Shown here one piece after another: positions 36,300 through 45,315 of a stretch of 64,000 bases of DNA. Where the stretch lies: the NCBI GenBank assembly GCA_016931955.1, contig JAFGDV010000002.1, positions 38,545 to 102,544 of the forward strand, given 5' to 3'. A model generated the notes under the pieces. The model made no database searches, was not told the DNA's origin, and saw nothing but the letters and a program-made list of their open reading frames with translations. Position numbers and translations under genes: made by a program. Within the stretch, counting starts at the first letter, position 1. Each line of letters begins with the position of its first letter. Origin of the DNA: Candidatus Altiarchaeota archaeon (GTDB lineage: Archaea; Altiarchaeota; Altiarchaeia; IMC4; QMZM01).

Positions 36300-38176
36300 C
36301 ATCCCAGTATCTTCTTCTCATTCAACGGCTTCTTCTGCAGTACATCCTCAAAATAGCATCTCAGGAGTTCGGCGACAGAGCACGCGTAGGATATGCACCC
36401 CCTTGGAGTGAACGGCGGCTCGCCCTCCAGGAATTCCGATACAGTGCCCAGACCTGCGTTGTTCAGGTGCTGGACAAGTATCTGCTCCATGAGCTCCTTG
36501 ACCCTCAGCCGGCTCCCATACAACCTAGTATGTGCCTTGACATAGGGACCGAAAAACCAAGGCCATACACCCCCATTATATGGAGACCCTTTATCGTATC
36601 TGGGATCCTCTGGACTCAGGGTCCTTAAACCGAATGGAGTCAGTAGCTCACTTTCAACAGCTGACATGATCTTACCTGCGATGGTGTCGTCAACGAGACG
36701 ATAGTCCAGAGACAACAGTATCACCTGATTGGGGCGGAGCGCGTCGTCGTCGATAGAGTCCTTAAGATATCTGCCATTCCAGTAGGTTTCCATGAATTTC
36801 TTCTCAATCCGCTTGCATGTGGACTTATAGGCTTCAGCATCATCGTCCATGATCCCAGAAAAATGCTCCATTATCTTCAGCGCATTATACCATAGGCCTT
36901 GGGCTTCCACGGCGTTTTTCCTCCCAGATTTCATCCAGGTTCCGCCTTCGTGTGCGAGGATGCCTTCCCTCTCCCTCTCTCCAAGGTTGCTCATGATGTC
37001 TTTAAGAACCCACCAGTAGGTGTGCAAAAAACTCCTGCTTTCATCTATTCCAACGTACTTAATGTACTGGTGTATTCTGTCAACAAGCCACAGGCTGGTG
37101 TCTATGTCTTTGTAGAGGGGCTCTCCTTTAGAGAATTCACTTGGTATGCCCTTGTTCGTTGCCAGATTCAGGAAACGCTCTAATATATCCTCAGCATCCA
37201 CGTGTCTGCCTTTTATGAGGGTCAGCCCTGGGAGGGAGATCATGGCATCCCTCCCCCTCTCCCCATAGCATGGATAACCTGCTATTATGGTCTTCTTCAG
37301 GCCAGCATCAACTATGAACGAGTCCGCTACACTGAGGAGGGAGAATATCGAAGCACCTCTCCCACTTGAGAGGATCCTTCTGGTACCATGTCCTCCCAGC
37401 AGCCCCTTCAACACCTGTGCCGTCTCGTTCTCTGTTGGGTAGGCTACCACCACAACCGTCAATTCCTGGGTCGTGTCCGGCTCAACCTTTAGGGATAGGT
37501 ATGCTGGACAACAACAATATTCCTCTGAACTTTCCTTCGAGTGGAACAACCTATTCCACCGTGATTTTTCGGGTGTTTCCAAGAATTCTCCGTTATCCGA
37601 CCTCAAAGCCACATATCCATTGTTTAAATTGATGCCCACTATATTTTTGGTGAAGAACCTCGGTGTTGACTCCATATTCTTCTCAGATAATTCCCAGATG
37701 CCCCTTGAGTTCAGCAGAGGCTTTACGGTTAATACCACATCCAGTTCTGAGTTGTTTTCTATGGAGTACACCACCACTAGGGAATTATTATCTGGGAGGG
37801 GGGTTATCTGTTTGTCTACGTAGACCCCCTTAGCCTTGTAGTAGAATGAAACTGATTCGTAGCTGAAGTCGAACCTGTTCAGGTATCTATAACCTTCTGT
37901 TATCTCCCCTTGAGGGTATTCATTCACCGAAAGCTCGATTACCGTTTTTCCTAGGGAGAGTTCATCGTCCAGCTTCTGTAGGTATAGCATCCTCTTGAGA
38001 TTCCTGCATCCGGAAACGAGGAGGCCGTGGAATCTGCTGGTATTCAATCCGATCGATGTCGTGGAGGAATAACCCCCCAGCTTGTTCGTTATAACCCATT
38101 CAAGCCCCTTTGATTTTTCTATGCTGAGCTGGTTTGGGTTGAAGGACGCGAAGGGGAATGCTTTCCTGGAGCCCAT
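36296..38176 (-). CDS. Glycogen debranching enzyme (amylo-alpha-1,6-glucosidase), archaeal type
   Basis: EWVITNKLGGYSS, IAGYP-GRDAMISLPG, LRPNQ, PFGLRTLSP, YNGGVWPW. Confidence 0.88.
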   Translation of the reverse strand: MGSRKAFPFASFNPNQLSIEKSKGLEWVITNKLGGYSSTTSIGLNTSRFHGLLVSGCRNLKRMLYLQKLDDELSLGKTVIELSVNEYPQGEITEGYRYLNRFDFSYESVSFYYKAKGVYVDKQITPLPDNNSLVVVYSIENNSELDVVLTVKPLLNSRGIWELSEKNMESTPRFFTKNIVGINLNNGYVALRSDNGEFLETPEKSRWNRLFHSKESSEEYCCCPAYLSLKVEPDTTQELTVVVVAYPTENETAQVLKGLLGGHGTRRILSSGRGASIFSLLSVADSFIVDAGLKKTIIAGYPCYGERGRDAMISLPGLTLIKGRHVDAEDILERFLNLATNKGIPSEFSKGEPLYKDIDTSLWLVDRIHQYIKYVGIDESRSFLHTYWWVLKDIMSNLGEREREGILAHEGGTWMKSGRKNAVEAQGLWYNALKIMEHFSGIMDDDAEAYKSTCKRIEKKFMETYWNGRYLKDSIDDDALRPNQVILLSLDYRLVDDTIAGKIMSAVESELLTPFGLRTLSPEDPRYDKGSPYNGGVWPWFFGPYVKAHTRLYGSRLRVKELMEQILVQHLNNAGLGTVSEFLEGEPPFTPRGCISYACSVAELLRCYFEDVLQKKPLNEKKILGC

Positions 38177-38211
38177 CTCATCTAATTATTTCACTCGCTT
38201 CGTTAAAAGGC

Positions 38212-39216
38212 TCAGGGCAGCTTGGATATCACGTAATCCGTGAATTCTGAAAGCCTGGCCTTCCCCCCAAGATCATAGGTCAGTTTCTTTCCTTCCAGGA
38301 ATGCTTCGTCGAGCGCCTTTGTTATCGCATCTGCTGCCTTTTTTTCGCCCAGATGCTTCAGCATCAAAATCCCGGAGAGGATTGTCGCCGTAGGATTCAC
38401 CTTATCCATTCCAGCATATTTTGGAGCGGAGCCGTGCACTGGCTCGAATACGGCTATTTCTTCGCCGATGTTCGCCCCGGGTGCGATGCCTAGTCCGCCG
38501 ACCAAGCCGGCGCATAGGTCTGATAGTATGTCCCCGAACATGTTCGTCGTGACAATCACGTCATATAGTTCTGGTTTCACTACGAGCTGCATGCTCATGT
38601 TGTCTATTATCCTGTCCTCGAATTCTATCCCTTGATAGCTTTCCGCTATTCTCCTTGCAGCTTCCAGGAATATTCCATCCGTTACCTTCATTATGTTGGC
38701 TTTATGTACGCATGTTACCTTCTTTCTTTTTTCTCTTTCAGCGTACTCGAATGCGAACCTCGCTATCCTCTCAGAGGCCTTCTTGGTTATCCTCCTTATC
38801 GTTTCTCCTGAACTCTTGTCCTCTGATGTGTATTTTTCTATTCCAGCATACAGTCCTTCGGTGTTCTCTCTCACAATAACCAGGTCGATATTCTCATATC
38901 TTGTCCGGATTCCCTTGAAGGACTTCGCAGGTCGCAGGTTAGCATATAGGTCCAGTTCTTTTCTGAGCGCGACGTTAACGCTCCTGAATCCCGATGCTAT
39001 TGGAGTCGTTATCGGACCCTTTAAAGCTACCTTGTTCTTCCTGATGGACTCGAGCACTTGCTCAGGTAGGGGTGTTCCCTCCCTCTCCATCACTCCAGCG
39101 CCTGCGTCAACCTTCTCGTATTTTATCTTCACGCCCGCTGCTTCCATAACCTTGACGCATGAGTCCGTGACCTCCGGACCTATCCCGTCGCCAGGTATTA
39201 GAGTGACCTTGTGCAT
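38212..39216 (-). CDS. Isocitrate/isopropylmalate (beta-decarboxylating) dehydrogenase family
   Basis: [41 protein letters not shown]. Confidence 0.92.
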   Translation of the reverse strand: MHKVTLIPGDGIGPEVTDSCVKVMEAAGVKIKYEKVDAGAGVMEREGTPLPEQVLESIRKNKVALKGPITTPIASGFRSVNVALRKELDLYANLRPAKSFKGIRTRYENIDLVIVRENTEGLYAGIEKYTSEDKSSGETIRRITKKASERIARFAFEYAEREKRKKVTCVHKANIMKVTDGIFLEAARRIAESYQGIEFEDRIIDNMSMQLVVKPELYDVIVTTNMFGDILSDLCAGLVGGLGIAPGANIGEEIAVFEPVHGSAPKYAGMDKVNPTATILSGILMLKHLGEKKAADAITKALDEAFLEGKKLTYDLGGKARLSEFTDYVISKLP

Positions 39217-39429
39217 TTTATCGATTCACGTAAGTAATATATTGTTTTGCTTATTTAATTCCAAAACCGTTGGTCTGCTTAAAGCCCCATATTGCTCCCA
39301 GTACATGGGGGATAGTCCTCAAAAAAAAAAGCAAAGGATTTTATACTTGAAGAGTAAAAAATATTTAGAGATATTGGTTAATGTTATTTAGATATCTGGA
39401 TATACACAAATGATAAGGAGGGCTATAAG

Positions 39430-40314
39430 ATGACAGAAGCTGAAAATCAATCCGCTACATACGCTTTTTCTATTACAGTATTGACTAGGGCAATGGAGGC
39501 TGGGGAGGAGGTTATGGGTTCCGGTGCTACTGTTTTATTACGTAGATTCGGTAAACCCGTCAGCAGGATTCTATTGGGTAGTGAACGCTTTGAGAGGAGT
39601 GGAACAGTCGATCTGCAGAAAGCAGCTGAGGAAGCTAAGAGGGGCATATCTGACATAAAGACCTTCGGGGATACGGAGATACAAAGTGCTGGAGGGGATG
39701 TTGTTTCACTTATACAGAAGGGTTGTTTAAGGCGGATTGAGGAATACGGAAAGAATCCTGGGGGGATGAAGTCGTGTATCCTCTGCATGGGTTTGATAGA
39801 AAGCTTTTTTAGGGATGCTACGGGTAATAGTGCTCTTAGAGCAACACTTGACCGTTTTGATAACGATAACTGTTATATATCAGTGAAGCAATGGGGTTCT
39901 GGAGCAGGTGCTGGTCCGGCTGAAGTGGACGTGGTGGATATTGCCAAGGCTTTTGAGATATACAACTTCCTACTGAAGACATTCGCTGCGAAAGCTGATG
40001 AAAAGGTCTTTGGTGGATCTAAGATGTTCATGCGAGGCCTACAATCCACGCTGACTGAACTGAAGAGCTCAGAGAGTGGTATGCCAGCAATAGCGATAAA
40101 GAATGATTTTTCAGTGGATGCACCCGGCTGTAAGGATTCCAAGAAACTGGCGAAGTATATGAATATCGCCATTAAGAGTACGATGAATTCCATTGCAGAT
40201 GAGCTTAATCCAAAGGTAGTGGATGGTATCGGAGCCTTTTTGGACAAGGAAATACACACTAAGTTCAGTGCAGATGCGGAGAAACTCAATATATCAAATG
40301 TCTTGAAGGGATAA
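39430..40314 (+). CDS. Hypothetical protein with N-terminal V4R-like Cys-containing domain and a C-terminal helical domain
   Basis: V4R-like spacing KGCL, SCILCMGLIE, DNCYI; AGGAGG ribosome-binding site. Confidence 0.6.
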   Translation: MTEAENQSATYAFSITVLTRAMEAGEEVMGSGATVLLRRFGKPVSRILLGSERFERSGTVDLQKAAEEAKRGISDIKTFGDTEIQSAGGDVVSLIQKGCLRRIEEYGKNPGGMKSCILCMGLIESFFRDATGNSALRATLDRFDNDNCYISVKQWGSGAGAGPAEVDVVDIAKAFEIYNFLLKTFAAKADEKVFGGSKMFMRGLQSTLTELKSSESGMPAIAIKNDFSVDAPGCKDSKKLAKYMNIAIKSTMNSIADELNPKVVDGIGAFLDKEIHTKFSADAEKLNISNVLKG

Positions 40315-40341
40315 AATAAAAAAAATGTGGAGGAAAAAAAA

Positions 40342-41388
40342 ATGGTTGACGCAAAAACTAAATTGCTGATATTCTTTGTTGTTGTAGGTATTATACCCGT
40401 AGTTGTGATGGGCGGTAGCATGTTTTTAATGATGGGTTACCTTGACTCAAGGATGACTGCGGATGCGCAGAGCAAGGTCACAACGTTTTTGGGGATAGCT
40501 AATGCTGTCTATAATGAAGAATTAGATGATGTTAAGAGGACTGCAGTTGCTGCCAGCTTGCAGGATAGTGTGGGTAGTTCTCTGAGAACGGGCACAGTTG
40601 CAGCAGATTTGCAGCCTTTGTTAGATAAGATGGTCGATGAGTCGGAGATAGATCAACTGACTGTTGTTGATAAGAGTGGAAGGGTCATCATAAGGGCAAC
40701 CACAGATGCCAAGGGGGATGATATGTCTTCAAAGCCCTGGATTACGGCAGCATTGAAGGGGCAAACCCTCTTATTTACAAGGATTACTCCGGAGGCTGAG
40801 CTTGCATTAGACGGTCTCACAGAGCAGGCGCGCTTGGATTTTGTAGAAAGCCCAACTGCGAAGCCGACAACCAAAACAGTAGAGAAAGATGGTATGGTAC
40901 TCACCGCTGTTACGCCTGTGATGGATGATTCAGGAAATGTTATCGGAGCTGTTGTAGCGAGTAATCTGCTGACAAAGAACTATGAGATCGTAGATAAGGC
41001 AAAGGCAGTCTATGGAGAGAAGGGAGGCCCGACGGTTACGATATTCCAAAGCGATCTTAGGATCTCAACGAATGTTATGAGGGAAGGCAAGCGAGCGATT
41101 GGTACACGGGTTTCTGCGGAAGTGTATGATCAGGTCTTGGGTAAGGGCCAGACCTATGTGGGACGCGCATTCGTCGTTAACGACTGGTATATAACAGCAT
41201 ATGAGCCAATAAAGGACGTTGAGGGAAATATCATTGGTATACTGTATGTTGGTCTGCTTGAGAGCGAGGTTAAATCAGAGATTTCGTCGTTCCTCAACTC
41301 AGCCATATTTATGAGGCTGATCATTGGTGCAGTGATTGCGATAGTTTCAGCCCTCGTTGTAATGCAGGTTTATCTGAGGAGTCTTTGA
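40342..41388 (+). CDS. Stand-alone TM-Cache-TM protein without cytoplasmic output domain (1)
   Basis: Two TM helices; TIFQ-RISTN-RAIGT-YVGRAFVV-YEPIKD-GILYVG Cache motif; stop directly after TM2; GGAGG before ATG 40342. Confidence 0.8.
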   Translation: MVDAKTKLLIFFVVVGIIPVVVMGGSMFLMMGYLDSRMTADAQSKVTTFLGIANAVYNEELDDVKRTAVAASLQDSVGSSLRTGTVAADLQPLLDKMVDESEIDQLTVVDKSGRVIIRATTDAKGDDMSSKPWITAALKGQTLLFTRITPEAELALDGLTEQARLDFVESPTAKPTTKTVEKDGMVLTAVTPVMDDSGNVIGAVVASNLLTKNYEIVDKAKAVYGEKGGPTVTIFQSDLRISTNVMREGKRAIGTRVSAEVYDQVLGKGQTYVGRAFVVNDWYITAYEPIKDVEGNIIGILYVGLLESEVKSEISSFLNSAIFMRLIIGAVIAIVSALVVMQVYLRSL

Positions 41389-41402
41389 TCCAGGTAAAAA
41401 AA

Positions 41403-41663
41403 ATGAACGAAGAATTTGATTTCAGAGGGAAGATAGATCCAATGCTTACAGTGGAGACGATAAAGAAGGTTAAAGAGTACAGGGCTAAGCTGGACAGCGG
41501 CGAAATAAAGGAGGAGGTTGTCCTTTCCTTTACTATCGACCATCAACCTGCGACGAGAAGCATTCCAGACACCCTGTCTAAGACGGGTCTCGGAGATTAT
41601 AGGATATTGAGGGCGAAGGATAAGCAATTATGGAAGATCGTGGTAACGTTAAAGAAAACATAG
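41403..41663 (+). CDS. TusA/SirA-like protein without the catalytic Cys
   Basis: FDFRGKIDPM aligns to the TusA DxRGxxCPx motif, plus DHQPATRSIP and terminal WKIVV; contains no Cys. Confidence 0.6.
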   Translation: MNEEFDFRGKIDPMLTVETIKKVKEYRAKLDSGEIKEEVVLSFTIDHQPATRSIPDTLSKTGLGDYRILRAKDKQLWKIVVTLKKT

Positions 41664-41674
41664 GAGGTAAAAAA

Positions 41675-42829
41675 ATGGTTGAAGACTGGGAAGAAATCGA
41701 ACGCGGAACGGGGGCCAAGGCGGCAGCCCGTGTAAAAACTGAGTCAATGAGTACCCCCACAATCGGTAGAACAAAGAAGACCGGCGTTAGGACTAAGTTG
41801 ATGCTGGCTTTTATAGCGACTGCAGTTATACCTGTTCTTGTGATGAGCGTATCCCTGTGGATGATGGCCGGGGATATCAACAATTTCATGACAGACAACG
41901 CACAGGAAAAAGTCAACACGTTTTATGGGATAACTGACCAAGTATATCAGAGCGAGATGCATAACGTGAAGGAAACTGCAATAGCGGCGGCTTCATTAGA
42001 CTCTGTCGCTGATCTGGTACAGGGTACCGGTAACAAGGATAGTGTGAGAAAGATCCTGTTGGGATTACAGAGTGCTGAGGAAGTCGGCTATTTGACGGTG
42101 TTAGATGCAAGCGGTAGGGTTGTGCTCAGGTCTAATCCAAACTCTGCCTCAGGTGATACAAAATCAGATGCATGGATCAGGACTGCCTTAGCAGGAACTG
42201 CGACAGTATCCTCTGAGGTGCTTAATGCAAACACCCTCGCAGAGTATGGACTTGACGTGCAATCAAAGTTGTTTTTAATCACAACTGATAACGCCAAACC
42301 GACGAGTAGAACAGTGGAGACCTCGAGCTTGTCCATAGTCGCCGCCGCACCCATAAAGGATAGCACAGGACGTGTTATTGGCGCAGTTGAAGTCGGTGAA
42401 CCCCTAACAAGGAATTATAAGATAGTGGATAACGCCAAGGACATATATGGTACAAGCGGCAGTCCAACAGTTACTATCTTCCAGGATGATCTGCGGATTT
42501 CAACGAACGTTAAGACAAAAGGCGGTTCAAGGGCAATCGGTACGCGTGTGTCTGTGCCAGTGTATGAACAGGTTTTAACCAGGGGCCAAGAATATGTGGG
42601 ACGCGCATTCGTCGTAAACGACTGGTATATGACATTGTATAAGCCAATAAAGAGCGGAGGCGGCAGTACTGTTGGAATACTCTATGTGGGTCTCCTTGAG
42701 AGGGATATTAAGACAGACATTGGAAACTTTATCTCCCAACAGGTTTCTAACCGGATACTTTTCGGTGGAGTGATTGCTTTTATATTAGCTATGCTTTGTA
42801 TGTGGCTCTACCTGAGAGGGTTGGAATAA
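41675..42829 (+). CDS. Stand-alone TM-Cache-TM protein without cytoplasmic output domain (2)
   Basis: Paralogue of 40342; same Cache motif; ends YLRGLE after TM2; GGAGGT before ATG 41675. Confidence 0.8.
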   Translation: MVEDWEEIERGTGAKAAARVKTESMSTPTIGRTKKTGVRTKLMLAFIATAVIPVLVMSVSLWMMAGDINNFMTDNAQEKVNTFYGITDQVYQSEMHNVKETAIAAASLDSVADLVQGTGNKDSVRKILLGLQSAEEVGYLTVLDASGRVVLRSNPNSASGDTKSDAWIRTALAGTATVSSEVLNANTLAEYGLDVQSKLFLITTDNAKPTSRTVETSSLSIVAAAPIKDSTGRVIGAVEVGEPLTRNYKIVDNAKDIYGTSGSPTVTIFQDDLRISTNVKTKGGSRAIGTRVSVPVYEQVLTRGQEYVGRAFVVNDWYMTLYKPIKSGGGSTVGILYVGLLERDIKTDIGNFISQQVSNRILFGGVIAFILAMLCMWLYLRGLE

Positions 42830-42840
42830 ACCTAGTACCC

Positions 42841-42875
42841 CTCTTTCTTCTTTATTTTTTTCCTTTTTCCTCTTA
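42841..42875 (+). terminator. Polypyrimidine/T-tract archaeal terminator
   Basis: CTCTTTCTTCTTTATTTTTTTCCTTTTTCC right after the stop at 42829. Confidence 0.5.
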
Positions 42876-43045
42876 TCAAAGCCGATCTGCCAGACTACTT
42901 TCCATATTTTGTTACAGCTTAAGCCCTCAACATACCTGTTCACGTTTGAAATCAGGCGCATGGACAATAGTGGGATAGCACAGTTCAAAAAACAAAGGGA
43001 TATATATAATGATGCAGAATACTTAACTGAGGTAAAACATCGGAA

Positions 43046-43516
43046 GTGTCGATAATGAGGGAAATAATAGGTATTGGAAACGACTTATTCGGCGACGACG
43101 GTTTCGGTCCAATGGTGGTGGGCTACATAAAAGCCAACTACATGCTGGCTCCAGATGTTGAAGTAATCGATGCAGGGTCTTCTCCCGACTTTCTATTGAA
43201 CGAACTCCTGGAGACCGAAACCAAGAGGATTATCATAATAGACGTCTTCGATAACGGAGGGGTTCCTGGTGAGATATCGATACTCTCCTCAGAGGATCTG
43301 CCGGATGTTTTCCCTCAACGGCTCACACATAATATGCCAATAGCGGAGATAATAAGAGAGCTATCTAACAGCAGAGACATGGACATCAAGGTGATCGCGT
43401 GCCAACCAGAGAAAATAACCGTCCCGGACGTGTGCGTCGGCCTATCTAAGCCCCTCGTCGACGCCGTACCCAAGGCTGCTGATCTAGCCGTCAGGTTAAT
43501 CAATCAGGATAATTAG
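43046..43516 (+). CDS. Hydrogenase maturation endopeptidase (FrhD-like)
   Basis: GIGNDLFGDDGFG, IDAG, IIDV, LTHNMP. Confidence 0.88.
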   Translation: MSIMREIIGIGNDLFGDDGFGPMVVGYIKANYMLAPDVEVIDAGSSPDFLLNELLETETKRIIIIDVFDNGGVPGEISILSSEDLPDVFPQRLTHNMPIAEIIRELSNSRDMDIKVIACQPEKITVPDVCVGLSKPLVDAVPKAADLAVRLINQDN

Positions 43517-43532
43517 CAGGTGATCTAAAAAA

Positions 43533-43784
43533 ATGGTTCAAATAGAAGTAGACGAAAGCCTCTGTAAGGGGTGTGGGATGTGTGCTGACGTATGCCCTAC
43601 AGGGGTTCTGGAGAAACAGGAAAACTTCGAGCCAACCAAGGTGGTGAACCCGGATGACTGTATTCAGTGCCTCTCCTGTCTGGAGATATGTCCAGCTTAT
43701 GCTGTGATACACAAGGAGTTGATTCCTGTGAGGAGGCTGCAGATAGAGACCTCAACACTGGACATGATTAAAAAAATACTTTAG
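43533..43784 (+). CDS. 2x[4Fe-4S] ferredoxin
   Basis: CKGCGMCADVCP and CIQCLSCLEICP. Confidence 0.92.
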   Translation: MVQIEVDESLCKGCGMCADVCPTGVLEKQENFEPTKVVNPDDCIQCLSCLEICPAYAVIHKELIPVRRLQIETSTLDMIKKIL

Positions 43785-44333
43785 GTGTTTAGGATGGTAA
43801 TCAAAAGAGAAACGTACACCGATTACGAGATAGAGTTCGCGATGAGGGAGAAGGAAGACTTCGAGAAATCGATGCAGGCCCTGATGGACATTGTCGGCGC
43901 AACAGTAAGCACTCTCGAATCGGTGGCTGGGATGGGTGCCAGAGCCATGAGCTACATGGCGGGCAAGAACATCGGCAAGAGGATAGGTAGAATGATCGGC
44001 AGAAAACCCGACGTTGAAACCGCGATAGATGCCCTCACAGACCTGATGGGCGACGCGTGGAAGATCGAAATATGGAAGCCTGCAACCGAAAAGGAATTGG
44101 TGAAGAAGACTGACAAAGGCTTCCAGTGCAAGCTTCTCTTCAGGGACTGCATAGTAAGGCAGACCCTTGAGAGGGAGGCGATACCGCAGAAGGGGACCAT
44201 GTGCTACCTCACCAATGGATACGTGTGCGGAGCCTTGGAGGTGATGCTTGGAATGCGCGGCAAACTTGATTTCCTCCACAGCGGAAACAACGCTTGCCTG
44301 AAGGATCTGAATTTAACTAGGGAGGGCGTGTAA
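43785..44333 (+). CDS. V4R (4-vinyl reductase-like) domain protein
   Basis: FRDCIVR, TMCYLTNGYVCGALE, NACL; AGKNIGKRI helix typical of the family. Confidence 0.75.
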   Translation: MFRMVIKRETYTDYEIEFAMREKEDFEKSMQALMDIVGATVSTLESVAGMGARAMSYMAGKNIGKRIGRMIGRKPDVETAIDALTDLMGDAWKIEIWKPATEKELVKKTDKGFQCKLLFRDCIVRQTLEREAIPQKGTMCYLTNGYVCGALEVMLGMRGKLDFLHSGNNACLKDLNLTREGV

Positions 44334-44334
44334 A

Positions 44335-45315
44335 ATGGCTAAGACAACACTGGCCTATGTCGCGGGAGCGATATGCGGCGGATGCGCCACCACCATGCTC
44401 GATGTTCACGAGGAGCTTCCAGACCTCTTAGAAAAAATCGATATCGTTTATAATACGTTGTTAATGGATGTAAAAAAGATCCCCGAATGCGACATCGGCG
44501 TGTGGGGCGGGACCGTAAGGACCGATGAACACAGAGAGCAGCTGATTGAGCTGAGGGGGAAGTGCAAGACACTTATCGCCTTCGGGACATGTGCCGTATA
44601 TGGCGGCATCCCCGGGCTGAGCTTCTACTGGCCCATATCCGAGTTACTTAAAAAAGTCTACACCGGTACTAAGGGCATCACCAACGGAACCCCACCCAAG
44701 CAGGATGTCCCCAACCTGATGAGGGAGCTGTATCCAGCCGACCAGGTTGTTGAGGTAGACTACTACATGCCAGGTTGCCCTTGTCCGCCAGACTGGTTCA
44801 TGAAAGCTGTTGAAGCACTCCTCGAAGGCAAGGTGTCTGAGCTCAGGCATAAAACAGTCTGCTCCGAGTGTCCGAGAAGGATGACTCGTCCAGTGAATTT
44901 CCCGATAAAGAGGAAGATTGGGAAATTCGACGACACCGTCGTTAAAACAGAGAAGGACGGAACTGTAAGGCACAGATGCTTCCTGTCTCAGGGGATACTC
45001 TGCCTTGGCTCTGTGACAATCAATAGATGCGGGGCCTCCTGTCAACTGCATAATATGCCCTGCTCCGGATGCTCTGGCCCGTCCCTCGAGGTTTTGAGGG
45101 AACAGGGAAGGGACCCACTGCTCATGATTGCGAAGAGGATGGCCATCCTCTCCGGGCAGGACCCTGAAGCCATCATCAGCGGGCAAATACCACAGGATAT
45201 CATAGACCAGTTCTACGACATAAAACACCAGTTTTACGGGTATATCTCAACCCATCCCGCATTGTGGAAGAAAGCAGCTTCAAAGATACCCGACCTAGTG
45301 GAGGTTGAAAAATGA
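44335..45315 (+). CDS. [NiFe]-hydrogenase small subunit (MvhG-like)
   Basis: CGGC, GTCAVYGGIPG, PGCP, CSEC, CFLSQGILCLG-RCGASC-PCSGC. Confidence 0.9.
   Translation: MAKTTLAYVAGAICGGCATTMLDVHEELPDLLEKIDIVYNTLLMDVKKIPECDIGVWGGTVRTDEHREQLIELRGKCKTLIAFGTCAVYGGIPGLSFYWPISELLKKVYTGTKGITNGTPPKQDVPNLMRELYPADQVVEVDYYMPGCPCPPDWFMKAVEALLEGKVSELRHKTVCSECPRRMTRPVNFPIKRKIGKFDDTVVKTEKDGTVRHRCFLSQGILCLGSVTINRCGASCQLHNMPCSGCSGPSLEVLREQGRDPLLMIAKRMAILSGQDPEAIISGQIPQDIIDQFYDIKHQFYGYISTHPALWKKAASKIPDLVEVEK

Noticed and set aside
38693-39391. 232-aa plus-strand ORF, and similar antisense ORFs throughout (e.g. 18261-18506, 19292-19783, 44644-45228)
   Set aside because: Antisense to recognisable genes, with Ser/Phe/Ile-rich composition typical of reverse-strand shadows.
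39362-39400. Imperfect direct repeat TATTTAGA upstream of the V4R-Cache operon
   Set aside because: Only 8 bp in very AT-rich DNA; not distinguishable from chance without comparative data.
41388-43045. Frameshifted HAMP/kinase/MA continuation of the Cache proteins
   Set aside because: Downstream sequence is a separate gene with its own ribosome-binding site (copy 1) or a T-tract and non-coding DNA (copy 2); no signalling-domain motif is seen in the listed ORFs.
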